Shown here: positions 1 to 9,592 of the stretch, one piece after another
Position numbering within the stretch: the stretch's first letter is position 1
How the letters are laid out: each line of letters begins with the position of its first letter
NCBI GenBank assembly: GCA_021163845.1
Contig: JAGGTH010000078.1
Location: 2,607-66,606 of the forward strand
DNA from: Helicobacteraceae bacterium
Lineage (GTDB): Bacteria > Campylobacterota > Campylobacteria > Campylobacterales > Sulfurimonadaceae
Direction of reading: 5' to 3'
Length of the DNA stretch: 64,000 nucleotides
The notes under the pieces: model-generated
Database searches by the model: none
Seen by the model: only the letters and a program-made list of their open reading frames with translations
Told to the model about the DNA's origin: nothing
Translations under genes and position numbers: made by a program

Positions 1-45
1 ATTTGAAAGTTTATAACATAGCCAATCTGTAATAAGCCTTACTCT

Positions 46-1437
46 TTAAAGATCTTTGATCCCATCAATCAAATCATAAGGTGTCAAAGAAAAACTCGCA
101 CCTTTGAAGTTACATGCGAGTTTTGTGTGTGCGAGGGAAGCGTGAAGTGCTGCATCAAGCGGCGTATATCCTTGCGCTAAAAGTGCTCCGATAAGACCAC
201 CGAGAACATCCCCACTTCCCCCTTTTGCTAGAACCGTCGTACCATGTGGATTGATAAAGAACGCCTCACCTTTGGCGATAATAACATTGGCCCCTTTGAG
301 TAAAAGGGTAACATTTGGAAAGTTTTTGCAAAAAAGTTCTGTATAGTAAAAACGCTGAGATTGGAGTGTCACCACATCGATATCAGCGAGACCCATCAGA
401 CGAAGCAAAGAGACAAACTCCTTGGGATGTGGGGTGATCACAAGTTGTTTTTTCTGTAAGATTTTTAAGATCAAAGGGGTATGAAAAACATCTGCATCCG
501 CAATAAGTGGGAGATCATTGTCTAAAAATTGATCGAGTTCAATATCGCTAAATTCCTCTCCCATCCCCATTCCAAGAGCCAGAGCCGTCGCATTTGATGG
601 GATCTCATGGCTATACATCAAGATCTCAGGTACATGAATGTCTTCAAATCCCACAAGAGTGACAAGCCCCGCACCAAAGCGACTCGCAGCAAGACCACTC
701 AAAATACTCGCGCCCTGCTTTTCTCCACAGATCACGCATAGATGACCAAAACTTCCCTTATGGGTGTTTTGAGCATTTCTCTGTGGAAGTTTCACATCCT
801 CTAGATCGAGTAAGTTCCACTGTGTCTCACCCTCATAAATACTTCGTGAAACTCCAAGGTCTAGTACCTCTATACGCCCTACTTTCTCCTTGGCCTCATC
901 CAAGAACATACGCTTTTTGAGCGCGCCCATGGTCAGTGTTACATCCGCTTCAAAACATCCCTCTGCACACACTCCATTTTTCTGGATTCCTGAGGGGATA
1001 TCACAAGCTATTTTGAACGCATCTATACTGTTGAGCTTCTTCATCAAAGCAAGAAGGTCAGGTGAAAACGCACCATCAAAACCAGTTCCCACAAGCCCAT
1101 CAATAAGGACATCACATTGACAAATATTTTCTACAATAGCTACATCCAAAGCTTTAGCTCGTTTGGCTTGAAGTTGTGCAAGGGGGGATTTTGGCTCTTT
1201 GACGAAAAAGAGAGAGACTTGATAATCTTGGTGAAGAATTCGCGCACAAGCAATAAGATCAGCGCCATTGTTGCCACTTCCACACACAAAAAGGAGTGTG
1301 GATTTTTTTGCAAAATGTGTTTTGATATAAGTAGCGATCCCATTTGCTGCATGTTCCATCAGCAAATCTTCACTCAAGTGAAACTTTTCGTAACACCTTG
1401 TATCGAGCGTGGCTACCTCATCAAAGAGTTTTTGCAT
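46..1437 (-). CDS. nnr: Bifunctional NAD(P)H-hydrate epimerase/dehydratase
   Basis: YjeF N-domain motifs GSGNNGAD and DIPSG; C-domain motifs HKGSFG, ADAD, ITPHPKEF and LAKGGSGDVL. Confidence 0.93.
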   Translation of the reverse strand: MQKLFDEVATLDTRCYEKFHLSEDLLMEHAANGIATYIKTHFAKKSTLLFVCGSGNNGADLIACARILHQDYQVSLFFVKEPKSPLAQLQAKRAKALDVAIVENICQCDVLIDGLVGTGFDGAFSPDLLALMKKLNSIDAFKIACDIPSGIQKNGVCAEGCFEADVTLTMGALKKRMFLDEAKEKVGRIEVLDLGVSRSIYEGETQWNLLDLEDVKLPQRNAQNTHKGSFGHLCVICGEKQGASILSGLAASRFGAGLVTLVGFEDIHVPEILMYSHEIPSNATALALGMGMGEEFSDIELDQFLDNDLPLIADADVFHTPLILKILQKKQLVITPHPKEFVSLLRLMGLADIDVVTLQSQRFYYTELFCKNFPNVTLLLKGANVIIAKGEAFFINPHGTTVLAKGGSGDVLGGLIGALLAQGYTPLDAALHASLAHTKLACNFKGASFSLTPYDLIDGIKDL

Positions 1438-1439
1438 CT

Positions 1440-2192
1440 TTATTGCTCTTGGTACACATACTCATCAACATCGACCATCTTACTTTTGATGTCATTAAAC
1501 AAGAGCGTATGGTAGTCCGTTCTGTATTGATAGAAAAATCTATTCTTAGGCATTTTTTTGAGATCAGCCGTATTAAAATAGTTGAAATTCGTACATTTTC
1601 CTAAAAACAAGAATGTAAATAAAAGCTTGATCTGTGGGCTTTCAAAGATCGTATGTGGCTGTGCCAAGAAAGTCAAACCATACTTTTTGATATTTAAAAA
1701 GTTGAGCATATACAAAAGGAAATCTTCAAATTTTGTATAAAAGCCGTTGAGGCTCTCAATATCGTGGAAGAAATAGTAGTATCCATCGATAAGCTCTTGC
1801 TTTTGCAGGGTTTTTGTAAGGTTACTTCTTACATCCCTTTTTGTTCCAAAATGGCTTGGATCTACCGCCATATAGATATGTTTTTTCTCTGCGATCAATG
1901 CATCAAAAGCGTTTTGAAACTCCTCATTATCTTCAAATCGTATATAGTTAAAATTCTCATCTTTATAACGAAGCTCTATCTCCTCTTCATGAGAGTTTGA
2001 AAAATCCAAGTAGAGTGTAGGCACATCGTTGTCGATGACAAAATTTCTGATCTTACATGCAAGATTTGTCTTTCCAGCTCCTTGTTCAGCGAGGATAAGA
2101 GTGTTTGTTGTAAGCATTCTCGGTTCAATCTTAAGCGTATCGATGCTGCTAATGTATTTCCCTAATATATCTCTCATTATTTTGTTCTCCAC
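1440..2192 (-). CDS. P-loop NTP-binding protein of unknown function
   Basis: Walker A-like AEQGAGKT after a hydrophobic strand; 250 aa; ends 2 bp before nnr starts. Confidence 0.7.
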   Translation of the reverse strand: MENKIMRDILGKYISSIDTLKIEPRMLTTNTLILAEQGAGKTNLACKIRNFVIDNDVPTLYLDFSNSHEEEIELRYKDENFNYIRFEDNEEFQNAFDALIAEKKHIYMAVDPSHFGTKRDVRSNLTKTLQKQELIDGYYYFFHDIESLNGFYTKFEDFLLYMLNFLNIKKYGLTFLAQPHTIFESPQIKLLFTFLFLGKCTNFNYFNTADLKKMPKNRFFYQYRTDYHTLLFNDIKSKMVDVDEYVYQEQ

Positions 2193-2236
2193 AAATTTTT
2201 TTATTATTATAGCTATATTGTGTAATATAGCAAGCT

Positions 2237-2265
2237 CTTACCGAAGGCAAGCCATTGGCTCCTTA
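2237..2265. repeat. REP/BIME-like repeat, copy A (single arm)
   Basis: CGAAGGCAAGCCATTGGCTCCTT at 2242-2264 is the reverse complement of the left-arm region at 43796-43818; intergenic. Confidence 0.8.
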
Positions 2266-2279
2266 ATGTTATGCTATGC

Positions 2280-2831
2280 CTATTGTAACACCTTCACAAT
2301 CGCTTCGGGCATGATCTCATACTCAAGCGTCTTGATCTTTGCTACAAAGCTCTCGTAATCTTGCTCATCTTCACGTACAAAGCTTTTTTGCAAAATGATC
2401 TCTCCCCCATCAAGCTCATTATTAACCCAATGTACACTCACACCACACTCCCTATCACCACTCTCATAGCTCTGTTCTATCGCTTTTGCACCCTTATATT
2501 TTGGAAGCAAAGAGGGGTGAAGATTGATCGAGTTTACTTGGGATGTAAACACCTCTGTGAGAATTCTCATAAAGCCACTGAGTACAACCAGATCAGGTTC
2601 ATAAGACTTTATCAAAGTCACAAGTTCTTCGTCAAAAGCCTCACGCGAAGCAAAGTTGCCATGTTCGAGCACGCGACATTCTACATCCAAAGCTTCTAGT
2701 TTTACGATACCCGGGGCATCTTTTTTGTTTGTGATCCCACACACCACTTCACACTCTTTTTTGTGAAGTTGCTTGACAATATTCTGGGCATTGCTACCCT
2801 CACCACTAAATAAAAGTACGATTTTTTTCAT
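2280..2831 (-). CDS. purN: Phosphoribosylglycinamide formyltransferase
   Basis: LFSGEGSNAQ, VLSGFMRIL, INLHPSLLP, VHWVNNELDGG. Confidence 0.96.
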   Translation of the reverse strand: MKKIVLLFSGEGSNAQNIVKQLHKKECEVVCGITNKKDAPGIVKLEALDVECRVLEHGNFASREAFDEELVTLIKSYEPDLVVLSGFMRILTEVFTSQVNSINLHPSLLPKYKGAKAIEQSYESGDRECGVSVHWVNNELDGGEIILQKSFVREDEQDYESFVAKIKTLEYEIMPEAIVKVLQ

Positions 2832-2856
2832 ACGAAATTATAGCAGATAAAGAGCT

Positions 2857-2890
2857 ATGTAACCTTTTTGTAGCCAAGAATACCTACAAT
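2857..2890 (+). promoter_or_regulatory. Pho-box-like direct repeat plus -10 element
   Basis: TGTAAC (2858) and TGTAGC (2869) are 11 bp apart; 10 nt later comes TACAAT (2885-2890). Confidence 0.6.
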
Positions 2891-2919
2891 TTTCAAACTT
2901 ATTAAAAGGCAGAGAATCA

Positions 2920-3663
2920 TTGAAATATAAAGCACTCTTTATTTCAGACATCCACCTAGGAACAAAGTTTTCTCAAGCAGAAAAACTTCTCGAATTTCTC
3001 CGTGATTATGAATCCGAAAAACTCTATCTCGTCGGAGATATTATCGATGGTTGGTCGATCAAACGTAAATTTAAATGGTCACAATCCAATTCCGATGTGA
3101 TCCAAAAGATACTTCGAAAAGCGCGAAAAGGGACAGAGGTGATCTATATTACGGGAAACCATGATGAGTTTTTACGCCCCTTTATTCCTATTTTAATGGG
3201 GGAACGGCTTACTATTACAAATAGTCACATCCATACAACACAAGACGGCAAACGCTACTATGTGACCCACGGCGACTTTTTTGATAGCATCACTATGACC
3301 AAAAAATGGGTCACCTATCTTGGTGATGTAGGCTACGATATGCTTTTACACCTCAACAAATACATCAATAAATTGCGCAAAATCTTAGGGATAGGCAAGT
3401 ACTGGTCGCTCTCAAAGTATGTCAAAGATAATGTCAAAAAGTCGGTAAGTTTTATTACAGGATTTGAAGATATCTTGGCAACTCATGCGCAAAAAGAGGG
3501 TTTTGATGGTATCATTTGTGGGCATATTCACAAAGCTGAAAATAAGATGATCGACGGGATCCACTATCTCAATTGTGGAGATTGGGTAGAAAATTGCACC
3601 GCAGTCGCTGAGGGAGAGGATGGAGTATGGGAGATAATCCAACTACAACCAAATCAACACTAG
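2920..3663 (+). CDS. LpxH-like metallophosphoesterase, PlcP-type phospholipase C candidate
   Basis: Motifs FISDIHLG, LVGDIIDGW, QKILRKARKG, GNHDEFLR, HGD, YWSLS, CGHIH and NCGDWVENCTA match the PlcP/UDP-2,3-diacylglucosamine hydrolase-like subfamily as I recall it; TTG start. Confidence 0.8.
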   Translation: MKYKALFISDIHLGTKFSQAEKLLEFLRDYESEKLYLVGDIIDGWSIKRKFKWSQSNSDVIQKILRKARKGTEVIYITGNHDEFLRPFIPILMGERLTITNSHIHTTQDGKRYYVTHGDFFDSITMTKKWVTYLGDVGYDMLLHLNKYINKLRKILGIGKYWSLSKYVKDNVKKSVSFITGFEDILATHAQKEGFDGIICGHIHKAENKMIDGIHYLNCGDWVENCTAVAEGEDGVWEIIQLQPNQH

Positions 3664-4403
3664 AGATAGCACTTGCTCTCTCAGGTGGAGCTGCACGTGG
3701 CTCTTTTCATTTAGGCTTTATCGAAGCGCTACAAGAAAACAATGTGCGCATCAAAGCGATCAGCGGTACAAGTGCTGGTGCCATTGTTGGAGGGGCCATT
3801 GCTTGTGGTCTCAAACCTCGTGATGTACTTGAAGTTATCAAATCTAGAGCATTTCGTCGTATCTTTCGCTTCAACTGGTTTCGAAGTAGCCTCTACCGTA
3901 TCGATACACAAGCTCCTATTCTTCAAACCATCTTTCCTCTTGAAAAAATTCAAGAGACTCGTATCAAACTTTTTGTTTGTGTGAGTGATCTTAACAGTAA
4001 TGAAGTGGTCTATTTTCAAAGAGGAGATGGGAAAAAACTCATCACTGCTTCGTGTGCACTTGTTCCCCTTTTTGCCCCTATAGAATTTTATGATTCAATA
4101 CTCGCCGATGGTGGGATCAAGGATATGCTTCCAACCACTCCTCTTTTGGAGTGTGGCTATCCAATCCTTGGGATCAATCTCGTCCCCAATATCTTGCCGC
4201 AAAAGCGCAATATCTTTTCTCTGAGTCGCCACATTATCCATATCTTACTCTCGTGTAAAGTTCCCGAACATATCAAGCATACACGCTGGTATGTCTCACC
4301 TGATGCACTCGAGAGTATTCGGATGTTTTCTTTTAAGGATCTTGATAAGGGGTTTGAGCTGGGCTATCTTCATGGCAAAGCGTGGTGCGATGAAAATTTA
4401 TAA
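3627..4403 (+). CDS. Patatin-like phospholipase
   Basis: LSGGAARG, GTSAG (catalytic Ser) and DGG motifs; exact start uncertain because it overlaps the upstream gene. Confidence 0.9.
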   Translation: MGDNPTTTKSTLEIALALSGGAARGSFHLGFIEALQENNVRIKAISGTSAGAIVGGAIACGLKPRDVLEVIKSRAFRRIFRFNWFRSSLYRIDTQAPILQTIFPLEKIQETRIKLFVCVSDLNSNEVVYFQRGDGKKLITASCALVPLFAPIEFYDSILADGGIKDMLPTTPLLECGYPILGINLVPNILPQKRNIFSLSRHIIHILLSCKVPEHIKHTRWYVSPDALESIRMFSFKDLDKGFELGYLHGKAWCDENL

Positions 4404-4426
4404 GTAATATAGGGTATAATTGCACT

Positions 4427-5389
4427 ATGAATTATAAGACAATCGCACAAGAAACACTCGACATCGAAGCACAAACACTTCTTTATGCTGCACAAAACAT
4501 TCACCAAGACTTTGAACATGCTGTAGAGATCATTCTCAACTGTAAAGGTAAACTCATTGTCACAGGTGTTGGCAAAAGTGGACTCATCGGAGCAAAAATG
4601 GCTGCAACTTTCGCTTCTACAGGAACTCCTAGCTTCTTTTTACATCCAACAGAAGCACTTCATGGAGACCTTGGGATGATCGGCAAAGAGGATGTAGTTC
4701 TTGCGATCAGTTATAGTGGCGAAAGCGAAGAACTCAGCTCTATACTCCCTCACATCCAAAGGTTTGAGACCCCTATCATCGGTATGACCCGCAATAGAGA
4801 ATCGACACTTGCAAAGTATAGTGATAGAGTGATCGATCTTCTCGTCAAAAAAGAAGCATGCCCTCTAGATGTCGCGCCAACGAGTTCGACCACGCTTACA
4901 CTCGCTCTTGGGGATGCTCTAGCAGTTTGCCTTATGCGTGCGCGTAACTTTCAAAAGAGTGACTTTGCGTCCTACCACCCAGGTGGAGCTCTTGGAAAAC
5001 GTCTCTTTATCAAGGTCTCAGATCTGATGAAACGCGAAAATATCCCAATGGTGGGTAAAGACACAAGTGTCAAAGATGCAATTTTAGCAATTAGTGAAGG
5101 GCGCATCGGAACTGTACTTATCACCGATGAGGAGCAAAAACTTCTCGCACTTGTGAGTGATGGAGATATCCGTCGCGCACTTATGCGTGAGGATTTTTCT
5201 CTCGATGATGCTGTTTTTCAGTACGCAACGCACCATCCTATGAGTATTGATAATGAAGATATGCTCGCAAGCGAAGCCCTTGTCCTTATAGAAGAAAAAA
5301 AGATTCAGCTACTCGTCGTAACTGATACAAATAAAAAAGTAAAAGGTGTACTTCATATTCATACACTGATAGAAAAAGGGATTTCATGA
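4427..5389 (+). CDS. kdsD: KpsF/GutQ arabinose-5-phosphate isomerase (SIS plus 2 CBS domains)
   Basis: GVGKSG, STGTPSFFLHPTEALHGDLG, APTSSTT, HPGGALG and CBS pair. Confidence 0.93.
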   Translation: MNYKTIAQETLDIEAQTLLYAAQNIHQDFEHAVEIILNCKGKLIVTGVGKSGLIGAKMAATFASTGTPSFFLHPTEALHGDLGMIGKEDVVLAISYSGESEELSSILPHIQRFETPIIGMTRNRESTLAKYSDRVIDLLVKKEACPLDVAPTSSTTLTLALGDALAVCLMRARNFQKSDFASYHPGGALGKRLFIKVSDLMKRENIPMVGKDTSVKDAILAISEGRIGTVLITDEEQKLLALVSDGDIRRALMREDFSLDDAVFQYATHHPMSIDNEDMLASEALVLIEEKKIQLLVVTDTNKKVKGVLHIHTLIEKGIS

Positions 5390-6174
5390 TCCGACTCAAC
5401 AAATATATAGCACACCATTCAAGTTACTCTCGTCGTGAAGCAGACAAAGCGATCCAAAGTGGATACGTACGCGTCAACGGTGAGATAGAAGAAAATCCAG
5501 CGACACAGATAGATGAAAATGATGTCGAAGTATACATCAGTGGAAAAAAGGTCGCACCTCGCGATAAATATACCGTGATCGTATACAACAAACCAAAAGG
5601 GGAGCTTGTCACAAAAAGTGACCCCAAAGGGCGCCGCACCATCTACGATAGCTTAGAGAAAAAATACAAACATTTTATCCCTGTAGGAAGACTCGATTAT
5701 GCAACAGAGGGGGTTTTACTCCTTACTGATGCGTCTAAGATAGCAACAGCACTTATGACATCCAACCTAGAGCGTATCTATAAGGTCAAGATCAAAGGGG
5801 AGATCACTCCTCAGATGGAAGAGGCGATGTTAAATGGCCTTGAGCTTAAAGATGCAACAGCAGGAGCACATGAAAAAAGCAAGATCACCTCGATGACCTT
5901 TGCACCATTTTTGGGCTATAAGATCCAAAAAAATGCACACAACTATTCCACCCTCAAAATCGCGATCGCTGAGGGACAAAACAGAGAGATCAGAAGATTT
6001 TTCGCCCACTTTGGAGCAGAGGTGGCGGATCTCAAACGTATCAGCTTTGCCGAGATCGAGCTCAACAACCTCCCTACGGGAAAAACAAGATTTTTAACAC
6101 GTGGTGAGTATAACGCACTGCACACATTTATAAAAGCAGAAGAAAAAAAAGCAAAAGAGAGAGGTCATAAATAG
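5386..6174 (+). CDS. rRNA pseudouridine synthase, RluB/RsuA family with S4 domain
   Basis: N-terminal S4 domain (RLNKYIA, SRREAD) and GRLDYATEGVLLLT catalytic motif. Confidence 0.9.
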   Translation: MIRLNKYIAHHSSYSRREADKAIQSGYVRVNGEIEENPATQIDENDVEVYISGKKVAPRDKYTVIVYNKPKGELVTKSDPKGRRTIYDSLEKKYKHFIPVGRLDYATEGVLLLTDASKIATALMTSNLERIYKVKIKGEITPQMEEAMLNGLELKDATAGAHEKSKITSMTFAPFLGYKIQKNAHNYSTLKIAIAEGQNREIRRFFAHFGAEVADLKRISFAEIELNNLPTGKTRFLTRGEYNALHTFIKAEEKKAKERGHK

Positions 6175-6573
6175 ATGAAGACAATGAAGTTTCCAACAAG
6201 TCACAAAACACAGCTGATGGATATCAGCACCGAGGTCAAAGAAGCGGTGATCACTTCAGGGATCAAAGATGGGATCTGTGTGGTTTTTACACCCCACACT
6301 ACAGCAAGTATCTTTCTTTTTGAAAACCAAGACAAGGCACTTCGCCGTGATCTGCTCAATGGACTCAACCGCATCGCTCCAAGTGATGAAGAGTATCTTC
6401 ATGTAGGTGAGAATGCTGCAGCGCATCTTAAAAGCTCACGTATGGGAAATTCGATCGCTATTCCAGTAGTCAATGCACGCCCAATTTTGGGACAATGGCA
6501 AGGGATCTTCTTTGGAGAGTTTGATGGACCGCGCCAAGCGCGTGAGGTGTATATCAAAGTCGTAGCGGGCTAA
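6175..6573 (+). CDS. yjbQ: YjbQ/UPF0047 family protein
   Basis: PHTTAS, NAAAHLKSS, LGQWQGIFFGEFDGPR. Confidence 0.9.
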   Translation: MKTMKFPTSHKTQLMDISTEVKEAVITSGIKDGICVVFTPHTTASIFLFENQDKALRRDLLNGLNRIAPSDEEYLHVGENAAAHLKSSRMGNSIAIPVVNARPILGQWQGIFFGEFDGPRQAREVYIKVVAG

Positions 6574-6576
6574 GTC

Positions 6577-7758
6577 TTGGCAGATTTTACCCATCTGCTT
6601 CGCCCCAAATCTTTTGATGCGATAGTGGGGCAAGAGCACCTTACATCCCAAGGCGCTCCTCTTCGTATTCTTTGTGAACAAGGCAATCTTGGGCACTCTT
6701 TTATCTACGGTCCAGCAGGATGCGGCAAAACCTCTTTGGCACGTGTGATCGCTTCTGTTATGGAACTCCCCTTTTATGAATTTAACGCAACATCACTCAA
6801 GATAGAACAGCTTCGCAAGATCTTTGATCAATACAAAAATGCATTGCAAAGACCACTTTTATTTATCGATGAAGTGCACCGTTTGGCAAAGAACCAGCAA
6901 GAGGTGCTTTTGCCTGTGATGGAGAATAATAGTGTCTTGGTGATCGGTGCTTCGACCGAAAATCCTTTCTACTCCCTCACCTCTGCGATCCGCTCACGCT
7001 CGATGCTCTTTGAGGTAAAACATATCAGCAATGATGCACTCCACGCACTCCTAGAGACTACATCCCAAGCTCATAATATCACCATAGATAAAGAAGCAGC
7101 GGAGTATCTCGTGGCAAGTAGTGGTGGCGATGCACGTGCGATGCTCAAGCTCTTAGAGTTTGCAAGCAACCTCTCTTTGGATGTAGATCTCAAGACCCTC
7201 AAATCACTTCGCCCCCATGCTCTGAGTGCTGGAAGTAGCGAAGCGGGAGTGCATTATGACTTAGCCAGTGCGCTTATCAAATCGATTAGAGGGAGTGATG
7301 CAGATGCAGCTATCTATTATCTCGCACGTCTTATTGATGGAGGTGAGAGCGCTGATTTTATCGCACGAAGATTAGTGATACTCGCAAGTGAAGATATCGG
7401 CAATGCCAACCCTCAAGCACTCACACTCACCACATCCGCACTTACATCCGTGAGTAAGATAGGCTACCCAGAAGCGCGTATCATTCTCGCTCAAGCGGTG
7501 ATCTACCTCTGCGCCTCCCCCAAGTCAAATTCCGCCTATATGGCGATCAACTCTGCCTTGCAAGCAGTACATAATGGAGTGATGCTAAATATCCCAAAAA
7601 ATATACAGCACAATAAAGAGAACTATCTCTATCCACACGATTTTGGTGGCTATGTGAAGCAACAATATTTAGAAAAACCCTTGAAGTTTGTAGCGTTTAA
7701 AGAGATCGGTTATGAGAAAAAAATGAAAGAGTGGCTTGAGGCGATACGAGGGATGTAG
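6577..7758 (+). CDS. rarA: Replication-associated recombination protein A (AAA+)
   Basis: GPAGCGKT, LFIDEVHR, GASTENP, LIKSIRGSD, ASEDIGNA, YLYPHD; TTG start. Confidence 0.94.
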   Translation: MADFTHLLRPKSFDAIVGQEHLTSQGAPLRILCEQGNLGHSFIYGPAGCGKTSLARVIASVMELPFYEFNATSLKIEQLRKIFDQYKNALQRPLLFIDEVHRLAKNQQEVLLPVMENNSVLVIGASTENPFYSLTSAIRSRSMLFEVKHISNDALHALLETTSQAHNITIDKEAAEYLVASSGGDARAMLKLLEFASNLSLDVDLKTLKSLRPHALSAGSSEAGVHYDLASALIKSIRGSDADAAIYYLARLIDGGESADFIARRLVILASEDIGNANPQALTLTTSALTSVSKIGYPEARIILAQAVIYLCASPKSNSAYMAINSALQAVHNGVMLNIPKNIQHNKENYLYPHDFGGYVKQQYLEKPLKFVAFKEIGYEKKMKEWLEAIRGM

Positions 7759-7800
7759 GCTTTCACGACACTCCAGAGCGAAGGTAAACCATCGCTTTGG
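7750..7800. repeat. REP/BIME-like repeat, copy B (degenerate; overlaps the rarA stop codon)
   Basis: GGGATGTAGGCTTTCACGAC...GAGCGAAGGTAAACCATCGCT aligns with linker 1 plus the right arm of copies E and G. Confidence 0.75.
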
Positions 7801-7808
7801 AGAAACTC

Positions 7809-8651
7809 TTAATCGAAAAAGCTTCCTGCACTTAGATAAAAGAGCACTGTTTTATCTGCATCTATTGTTGTTCCAAACGAACTTATTTCATTGACAAGAG
7901 GGATCTTTACCCCAAAACCAAGCGGTACATTTTTTAAGAGACTCTGAGTGTTCCACTCTAACCACACATCCGCTGTTGTTATCCCATTCATCTCGTACTC
8001 ATTCTCTTTCATATTAAAATAGGCAAATTTCACATTGGTACGAAGTTTATCATTGAGTAAACATGGTCGAGATGCACCGAGCATTACATTGTAAGAGTCC
8101 CCAAGAACCTCTTCATCATTGAAGGTATAGGACGCTAATGCATGGCCTCTAAAATCTGCACCAAGCTCTTTTGTGAAGCTATGTGAAAGAGTATATGCAG
8201 CTTTTCCTGTTCCTAGCCCTTTCTCTTCATCCCCCGACGTACTTTTATAGCGTAATGTTGTCAAATGCAATCCACTCGCACTCTTATAACTTCCAAAGTG
8301 GTAGTTCATCCCTACAGAGATATCACCTATTCCTCTCTGGGTATCAGCAAAATCACTCTTAACTTGCACAAAAGGAATATTTGCCTCAAGCCCTATATTA
8401 TTAGTAATGTTGTACCCTACTGGGATATTGAGTATGGACACATCCCCATTATTAATATACTGTGCCGAAGCCATCGCAGTATGCGTTCCAAGGGCAAAAT
8501 CACTCCTAACATTAGAAACTGTTATGTCATTGACCGTCGTCTGCTCTGCCACAATGACAGCATCTGTGTTCTCTTCTGAGAAGTGGGGCATATACGGTTC
8601 TGCTAAAAGTGCGACACTTGCAAGTGTGGTTGCTACAACAATTTTTTTCAT
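7809..8651 (-). CDS. Outer-membrane beta-barrel protein, transporter/MetA-pathway-like
   Basis: Signal peptide, amphipathic strands, GIGDISVG and GLGTG motifs, near-terminal Phe. Start moved to MKKIVV, which follows a GGAG site. Confidence 0.65.
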   Translation of the reverse strand: MKKIVVATTLASVALLAEPYMPHFSEENTDAVIVAEQTTVNDITVSNVRSDFALGTHTAMASAQYINNGDVSILNIPVGYNITNNIGLEANIPFVQVKSDFADTQRGIGDISVGMNYHFGSYKSASGLHLTTLRYKSTSGDEEKGLGTGKAAYTLSHSFTKELGADFRGHALASYTFNDEEVLGDSYNVMLGASRPCLLNDKLRTNVKFAYFNMKENEYEMNGITTADVWLEWNTQSLLKNVPLGFGVKIPLVNEISSFGTTIDADKTVLFYLSAGSFFD

Positions 8652-8811
8652 CTTTTTCTCCATTTCATATTCTATGCTTCAATTGTAATTTTTTTTATCT
8701 TAAAAAAAGGTATATGGAGGATGTGACACAGCTTTAGGCTATAAGGATTTTTTTGGTTTAGTATGAACTGAAGTCCGTGTTACACGGGTTGGTTGAAGTT
8801 TGTGTTATGGG

Positions 8812-8831
8812 GTGCGACTAAGAAGTCGCAC
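8812..8831. terminator. Stem-loop downstream of rplT
   Basis: GTGCGACT-AAGA-AGTCGCAC perfect 8-bp stem; no clear U-tract, so termination is uncertain. Confidence 0.45.
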
Positions 8832-8838
8832 AACCAAA

Positions 8839-9195
8839 TTATTTAAGTGCTGCTTTTGATGAAGCTACAACTGCGCTAAACGCTGCTGCATCATTCATTG
8901 CCATATCAGCGAGAATTTTACGGTCAAGCTCGATGCCAGCTTTTTTGAGACCATTCATGAAGTTTGAGTAGTTCATTCCATTTAAACGACATGCTGCATT
9001 GATACGGATGATCCATAGTTTACGGAACTCACGTTTCTTTTGCTTTCTATCACGGAATGCGTACATCATTGAGCGTTCTAATTGCTCTTTTGCTTTACGG
9101 AAGTGTTTACGACGACCGCTATAAAAACCTTTTGCAAGTTTTAATATTTTTTTGTGTCTTCTTCTACGAACAACACCTGTTTTTACTCTTGGCAT
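8839..9195 (-). CDS. rplT: 50S ribosomal protein L20
   Basis: [38 protein letters not shown]. Confidence 0.99.
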   Translation of the reverse strand: MPRVKTGVVRRRRHKKILKLAKGFYSGRRKHFRKAKEQLERSMMYAFRDRKQKKREFRKLWIIRINAACRLNGMNYSNFMNGLKKAGIELDRKILADMAMNDAAAFSAVVASSKAALK

Positions 9196-9304
9196 ATTAT
9201 TTTCCTTTTCTTGACCCAGTTACGTCTTCGTAATCAAGGTGCCATCTATAAGATTGTATGGACTTGCCCAGCTTTAGCTGGAGAGTTATAATGAAAAACT
9301 AAAA
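9196..9304 (-). promoter_or_regulatory. Structured rpmI-rplT intercistronic RNA, candidate L20 autoregulatory leader
   Basis: Three stems: CCAGC/GCTGG (9268-9281), CCAT/ATGG (9242-9261) and CTTGA..TTACG/CGTAA..TCAAG (9210-9238), the last directly next to the rplT Shine-Dalgarno. Confidence 0.55.
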
Positions 9305-9496
9305 TTAGTTGATCATAGCCTTAATGTTTTGCTCATCTACTTTAGCAACCACTTTTGGTTGGTTTTGCGTACGACGAGTTGCTGCATCTTGTTTTGTTAA
9401 GATGTGGCTTCTAAACGCTGTACCACGTTTTACAGAGCCATTTTTCTTCACTTTAAAACGCTTTACAGCGCCTTTTACTGATTTCATCTTTGGCAT
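9305..9496 (-). CDS. rpmI: 50S ribosomal protein L35
   Basis: MPKMKS..GAVKRFK, RSHILTK. Second ATG preferred from GGAG spacing; TATAAT on the minus strand at 9552-9557. Confidence 0.98.
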   Translation of the reverse strand: MPKMKSVKGAVKRFKVKKNGSVKRGTAFRSHILTKQDAATRRTQNQPKVVAKVDEQNIKAMIN

Positions 9497-9592
9497 CATT
9501 TGCTCCTTTGTAAAATTCTCATAAAAAGCCTTTGCAGACTTTGAGGGTGGGATTATATCTAAAATATTCTAAAACTTTGCTACAATTGTTCT

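Noticed and set aside
8707-8787. Single TGTCAC half-site (minus strand, 8723-8728) and palindrome CCGTGTTACACGG (8775-8787) upstream of the beta-barrel gene
   Set aside because: No second half-site at 11-bp spacing and no second copy of the palindrome; too weak to call.
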